Below, piece by piece: positions 58,689 to 64,000 of a DNA stretch of 64,000 nucleotides. This DNA comes from Nymphaea colorata (taxonomy: Eukaryota), in contig NC_045138.2 in assembly GCF_008831285.2 (NCBI RefSeq), forward strand, positions 37,138,001-37,202,000, written 5' to 3'. Within the stretch, counting starts at the first letter, position 1. Each line of letters opens with the position of its first letter. Both the position numbers and the translations under genes were made by a program. The notes below the pieces were generated by a model. The model was not told the origin of the DNA. It was given only the letters and a program-made list of their open reading frames with translations, and made no database searches.

Positions 58689-61600
58689 AGGGCCGAAAGG
58701 CGACATACCCATCTCGACTGAAGCACTGCGGAGACGGAATCGATCTCCATTTTCATACATCCATCCTAAAAAGCAAAAAAGATTCTTTGTCCCCAAGTTT
58801 TGATGCAGTCCCAATTCCTAGACTCTGGTGTCTCGATCAAGGGAAATCACGAGCTCGATTCCCCATGTTTCTTTCTTCCAGATTTCCTTAACTTTCCTTT
58901 TTTTTTTTCTTCTTCTTCTTCTTCTGTTTCTGCATATTTATTTATTAATGTCGCAAGAATTCGTCCCCGCTTTTGATGTAATTAAGTTTCTGTAAATATT
59001 ATCCTACAAAAAGAAACTCGGAGGGATTTTTTTTCCTCTTCTTTTTTGTTTTGGGAACTGTGGCGTTTGAGAGGTTGACTTGTGGATGAGTTGATTCCTT
59101 TTTTTAATAGAATGGCAACAAGAGGTGTGATGTGTGATGACAGGCTTGCATGGTGGTATGGATACAATAAGATAAGAATAACATGTAAGCATTGACGTGA
59201 TCAAATCCAACAATATCAGTGGGGAAAACGATGGGTAGGGGGAAATGGGGTCACCAAGAGCTACGGATGAAGGAAATTCCAAGCAACATGACAACATCAT
59301 GCGCGTCATCGGCGCATCTACGAGTGATGTTGGCCAATAAATATTAGTGCTACAACACAAATGTGTGGCGAAATTTAGGCATCTACCTAGAAGTTGTCCT
59401 TGACAATTTAGGAATGTGGGGCCAGGTAAATTCTCATAGACTGTACGTTAGATTTCAAGAAGGTGTTTCGGTAGCGGTAAAAAAAAAAAAAAAGGACGAT
59501 ATAAAATACTTAAGTTGAATGGTGCACTGCTACCATCATTGATATAGATGAAACTTAAACTCTAAAGCTAGAGGGAGCAGGAGGAGTCTTCCGACTCTCT
59601 TTTTTCAACACGATAGATTGTAATATGCTCGCTCACATGAAAATCTTTGTTGAACATAGTCTTTGAAGGACAAATTCTTTTAGTGACACAAAATTTCACC
59701 CTGTTTTATATTTCAACTTACTTTTAGTAAGGAGGGTTTATGTACATGGACTACCATTGTGTATTTTTGTGTGTCCTATCAAACACCACCTCTGGAAAGG
59801 GTAAAATTAAAAATGTAGGTCCTCCATCTTGACTCAAGAAGCCCGCTAGGGTTTCGCTTGCGCATCAAGAGAAGCTCATGAAAATTGAAATTAAGCAGCC
59901 GCACAACCGAACTGTGTCCCACTGTACCGACCCTTTTTGGTCGGTCGATTGTTTGACAAGTAAGAAGTAGGGAGGAGTTAGAGAAGGGAAGTAGCACATT
60001 GCAAGCAAGGTTTCACATGGAAAAACAATAGCGCACCCACAATTTTCCTTTTTGCCTTTTCAAGTTGACGGCACAAATAAATTGACGTGAAAAGATTGAG
60101 ATATTATGTTGGCAAGGAGACAACCTGTGTGCACGGTAGGTTCAACCAATGCAGCGAGAATGACTTTTCTCTTTTTCTTTTTCCTCCTTTTTCTTTCTAA
60201 GGCCATAAAAATGTACTCGTGATGTGAAACTTAATCTCGCTCTCGACAATATAAAACTTGTGTGTGCCAGGCGACCTGGTTGCATCTTGGGCTCAAACAC
60301 AATTACCCTTTCTTGTGTTAAGAGAGCGTAAATTGAGTGTTACGGCATTTTACTTATGACGAGTAATTACCTAATATTATACTTGTCGTGTCATATGAAA
60401 CTGATCGAGGCAATTCTATCATTAAAAAAAAAGATTAACAATATTTTAGATTTTCTAGAGAAAGCACCTGGTAACCAGGGCTGACCATTCGGGGTTTACC
60501 TCTTAAAGGATGATATGCTTCAAAGTTATCGAGGATGATTTTACCTAGAAAAATTTTACCTCGAGTAGAAAAGCTGGATTCCTTTTGATTTCTTCCCCAG
60601 CTTCTTTTGGGGAACATGAAAAAAAAAAAAAAAAAACCATCCACAGAGAAGTCAAATTTCTCATGTGTTTGAGCTCCTCCCCTTTCAAACACACCCCTAC
60701 GGGGTTCCTAGAAAAGGGAAACGAAGTCTATAGACTAATTGCATGAGGCTTAATTTGGACCCCATTAGATTGGAAAAAACAATTCCCTCCTCCTATGCAA
60801 AAGACAAAGAAGATTACGTTCAACGACGTAGTAGATGAACATGGAATCGGATCACTACTTCAATCTTGATGCATACTTCTAGTGGTGCATATTTTTCATC
60901 TTTTTCGAGTGGATGATAATGCCTCCCACAAGCATTATTGAGTCTAGTGATCATAAATATATCCAAGTTGTTGTTGCGTATGGTGAGCTTATAAATTGCA
61001 TAATGACAACAATTTTGTTCGTTCTTAGGCGATCACGTGGAATACAAGTTGTCATTCTTGGGATGCAAATGAAGAGTCCCTTTCCACGACAGGTTTCAAA
61101 GTAAAGATCATGTCATTGTTTCATTAAACACTATTAACTAGCACGGTGAGAAATTACGAACAGTGGTGAAGGCCAATATATCGATATTGTACACTTACAA
61201 ACAAACAAGTAGTTGTGTTGGACTTTCCGATTTGAGTCGAAACTTAATTTTTAGAGCATCTAATATCAGCTTCTTCGAGTCTTTAGACATGGTTTCCCTC
61301 TAGCTGGTTTCATCTGTAGGCCCAATTAAAGATAAAATTCAATAAGATCCAACTCAGTGATTAGACAAAGCTGGTGCATTCATTTCATTCCCACCTCCAA
61401 AGGAAAGATCTTCCAATTCTCTCCGATCAATGATCGAATATGCTGTCATTCTCCTATTGGTCGAGAAGTCGACTCCTCGGATGGGGAAAATATTTTAGTA
61501 GTGGATGACCCTTGAACTGAACCATGATATGTTGCTATACGGCGTAATTAGATCCAAATGATTGATGGGAGAAACACTAGACGCTGCTCGCTCCCACCAT

Positions 61601-64000
61601 CAGGGAAGACTTATCCGTAAGAGAATCCAGTGTGCATAGGATGAACCGACCTCCGTTTCATTGATATCCTTCTTTTCCAAGAGGCAACTTTTTTCGTGGT
61701 CACATTTAATATTTTTGAGTGTTTATCACGTCTTTGTAAACACGATTTTACTTGAGAGTATCGTATAAATCGTGCAGTCGTGTTATCACAATCTTTTGTG
61801 TTTATCACATAATGGTAAATATGATTTTATTTGAATGTATCGTGAAACAAATCATACAGGTAATTTATGTTGTCTAACTACATATCATCTCTTTTAGTAA
61901 ACATTTTTTCATTGTAAAACTAGTCCATACAGCATCTTTGTCGTAGTTAATTAAAACGAACCCTATATAGTTCATTATCATATGATTTTTTGTTCAGCTC
62001 CTAGTTGGATCGTGATCAGAAATAATCTTGGTGATGACCTACGTCTTCCACCTTTGCTTTTATCAAAAGAAGATGAAGTTTCTGTTACATATAACATTGG
62101 ACAAATTAAAGTTGATGTTATTCTTTTCCGTCAGTTTGAAGCCTCGTTCAAGTCAAGTTTTCGTGACGCAATCTAAGTCATCATCGCTTTTCATTCATTA
62201 AACTAATTGAAACATGTAATATTCATTTAAACCGAACTAAAGTAATTATGAAACCGTTCAGTGGGGGGAGAGAGAGAGAGGGAGAGATCGGGCCCACCAG
62301 GAAACCAAACGTGCTGTGGCGGGGTCTGCAAGCTCGGGCCCCACCATTGAAGTCCTCTTTACCAAAGCTTGGGCCCACCGCAAACTTTGTGGACGTTTAA
62401 GTTTCGTCATCCACACGGCATCGATGTCTCTGACGTTCGGTGTGGTCAATTCCCCCTTTTGTCTATTTATCTTTTCTTTAAAAAAAATAACAAATCCACG
62501 GCTCCTTCACATTTATTACCATAGAGGAGTGCTCGCCTGTTTTGGTCATTATATACTGGAATATTTAAACCAAATAAATATGTAGATTATTTAATAATTT
62601 ATAGTTGACATAAACAATATAATTCAATTATTTATAAGTTTTTAGTAAGCAAGATGTTAATAACCTATTATTTGAAAATATAACTCTATGTTTTCTCTTA
62701 AATTTTTCTAATTTTTAGGGTTTTGTACTATGTTGCTGCTGTTAGCGATGATACCGACATGAGAATCAAACTAGTGATCTACCAATTTATATATCTTTAT
62801 AAATATCTCTTAAAGGTGATTCATAAGTTATTAGACTAAACCAGCTTTTGAAAAAAAAAAATGGCAGGAGAATATTTGTTTCCATTATATATTACATAGA
62901 AGCCTGCCAATGAAATTTGGTGAGTGGCTTTTTGTCATTGTCAACATACTTATTGATGAATTGTAATATACATTAGGATTTTAAGGCTCATACATTCCAA
63001 AATATCTAAACCAACCGCCGTGATGTTTGCCCTTTAAAAGGGTCTTATTTATTAAAGTTTTTAATTGAGGACTATTTTTGTGCTTACCGAGTAAAAGTTG
63101 TGAAAAAACTGCTTGTTTCTTTTAAGAAAAATTTTCATCGAATTTTTTTTCTTTTCTTAAAAGGAAACCCATGAATGCAGCTAGCATGAACCAATACAGT
63201 ATAACTACATAAAAAAAAGTTGGCTACTATTTAAGATCAGTCAGCATGAATTGGAGAGATTGTCTCTGTAAATCAAACTTTTTTTATTTTTAGCGTGGTC
63301 GTTTATTGGGAATTTACTCGTAGATCACAGCTCTCGTATTGCAAAAAGGTTTTTGAAATTGAGAATGTTAAAACATTTAAATCATTTTAACACTCAGCGC
63401 ACAAAACAAATTCAAAACCACACTCAAGCATAAGCGAAACACCAAATAATAGTTTCAAACTTTTAACAAGGTAAAAAATATAAATTTTCCAAATTTTTAT
63501 ATAGGATAAACCAATTTTTTAAAAATTTACATGTGAATTAAAAAAAAAAACCATTGAGGGGAAGCAAGGACCTTGCCCGCAACCCTTGGCTTTGCCCCTG
63601 CTCTCAAACTACCTTACAATCAAAACAGTTTCTGCCCCTTTTACTGTTAGGAATAGCCTAAACTTCTAATTATACACCAAAGGAAGAACATGGAGTACAA
63701 GTGTGCACCAAAAAAAAATTGATGCAAGGAATAAATGAGCCTTTAAGTTTCAGTGTTCTTCATGTTGGAGAGTATGTGGGCCACTTGTATCCCAAAGTAT
63801 ACTCTACTCTTTAATTCTTCAATAGTTGGCATTTGCTACTCACTATGAAGTGACATATCAACAATTTTACTGTATGGCATCAATTTTTCTTGTCAGAAAT
63901 AGAAAGGAAAGGTGAGAGGTCAAGGAAGTGCAGTAATATATTTTTTTTGTTCATAGACATAAATGTTGTTGGTCTGCTCATCATGTCTGGTTCCATGCAT

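Noticed and set aside
58053..58814. 253-aa and 167-aa antisense ORFs over the glutaredoxin
   Set aside because: Shadows of a GC-rich CDS with no recognisable domain.
60669..60692. GAGCTCCTCCCCTTTCAAAC resembling a miR159/319 5' arm
   Set aside because: No complementary mature arm (TTTGGATTGAAGGGAGCTC-like) downstream.

Overview
Gene-rich plant (angiosperm) nuclear DNA with spliceosomal GT-AG introns, AT-rich intergenic DNA, GA/CT and TA microsatellites and many small non-autonomous DNA transposons. Eight protein-coding genes can be reconstructed by hand: NAC-alpha (+), a zinc-ribbon/RING-H2 E3 ligase (-), a MAM33-family mitochondrial glycoprotein (+), a divergent LPA1-like P-loop kinase (-), a PIG-Y-family GPI-GnT subunit (-), proteasome ATPase RPT4 (+), an SND2/NAC073-clade NAC transcription factor (-) and a CC-type (ROXY/GRXC9-like) glutaredoxin (+). 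I see no tRNA, rRNA, CRISPR, autonomous transposon or viral sequence, and no evidence of a novel multi-gene system. The most unusual items are: (1) a 78-nt in-frame, stop-containing GT-AG segment in LPA1 that looks like intronized former exon; (2) the intron-rich, uATG-rich UTRs of the tiny PIG-Y gene; (3) a direct repeat bracketing the last NAC exon; (4) ATGA stop-start uORFs; (5) a (GA)28 tract ending on the RPT4 start codon; (6) adjacent hAT MITEs with a duplicated junction. All splice models are inferred from sequence and protein-family recognition, not transcript data.
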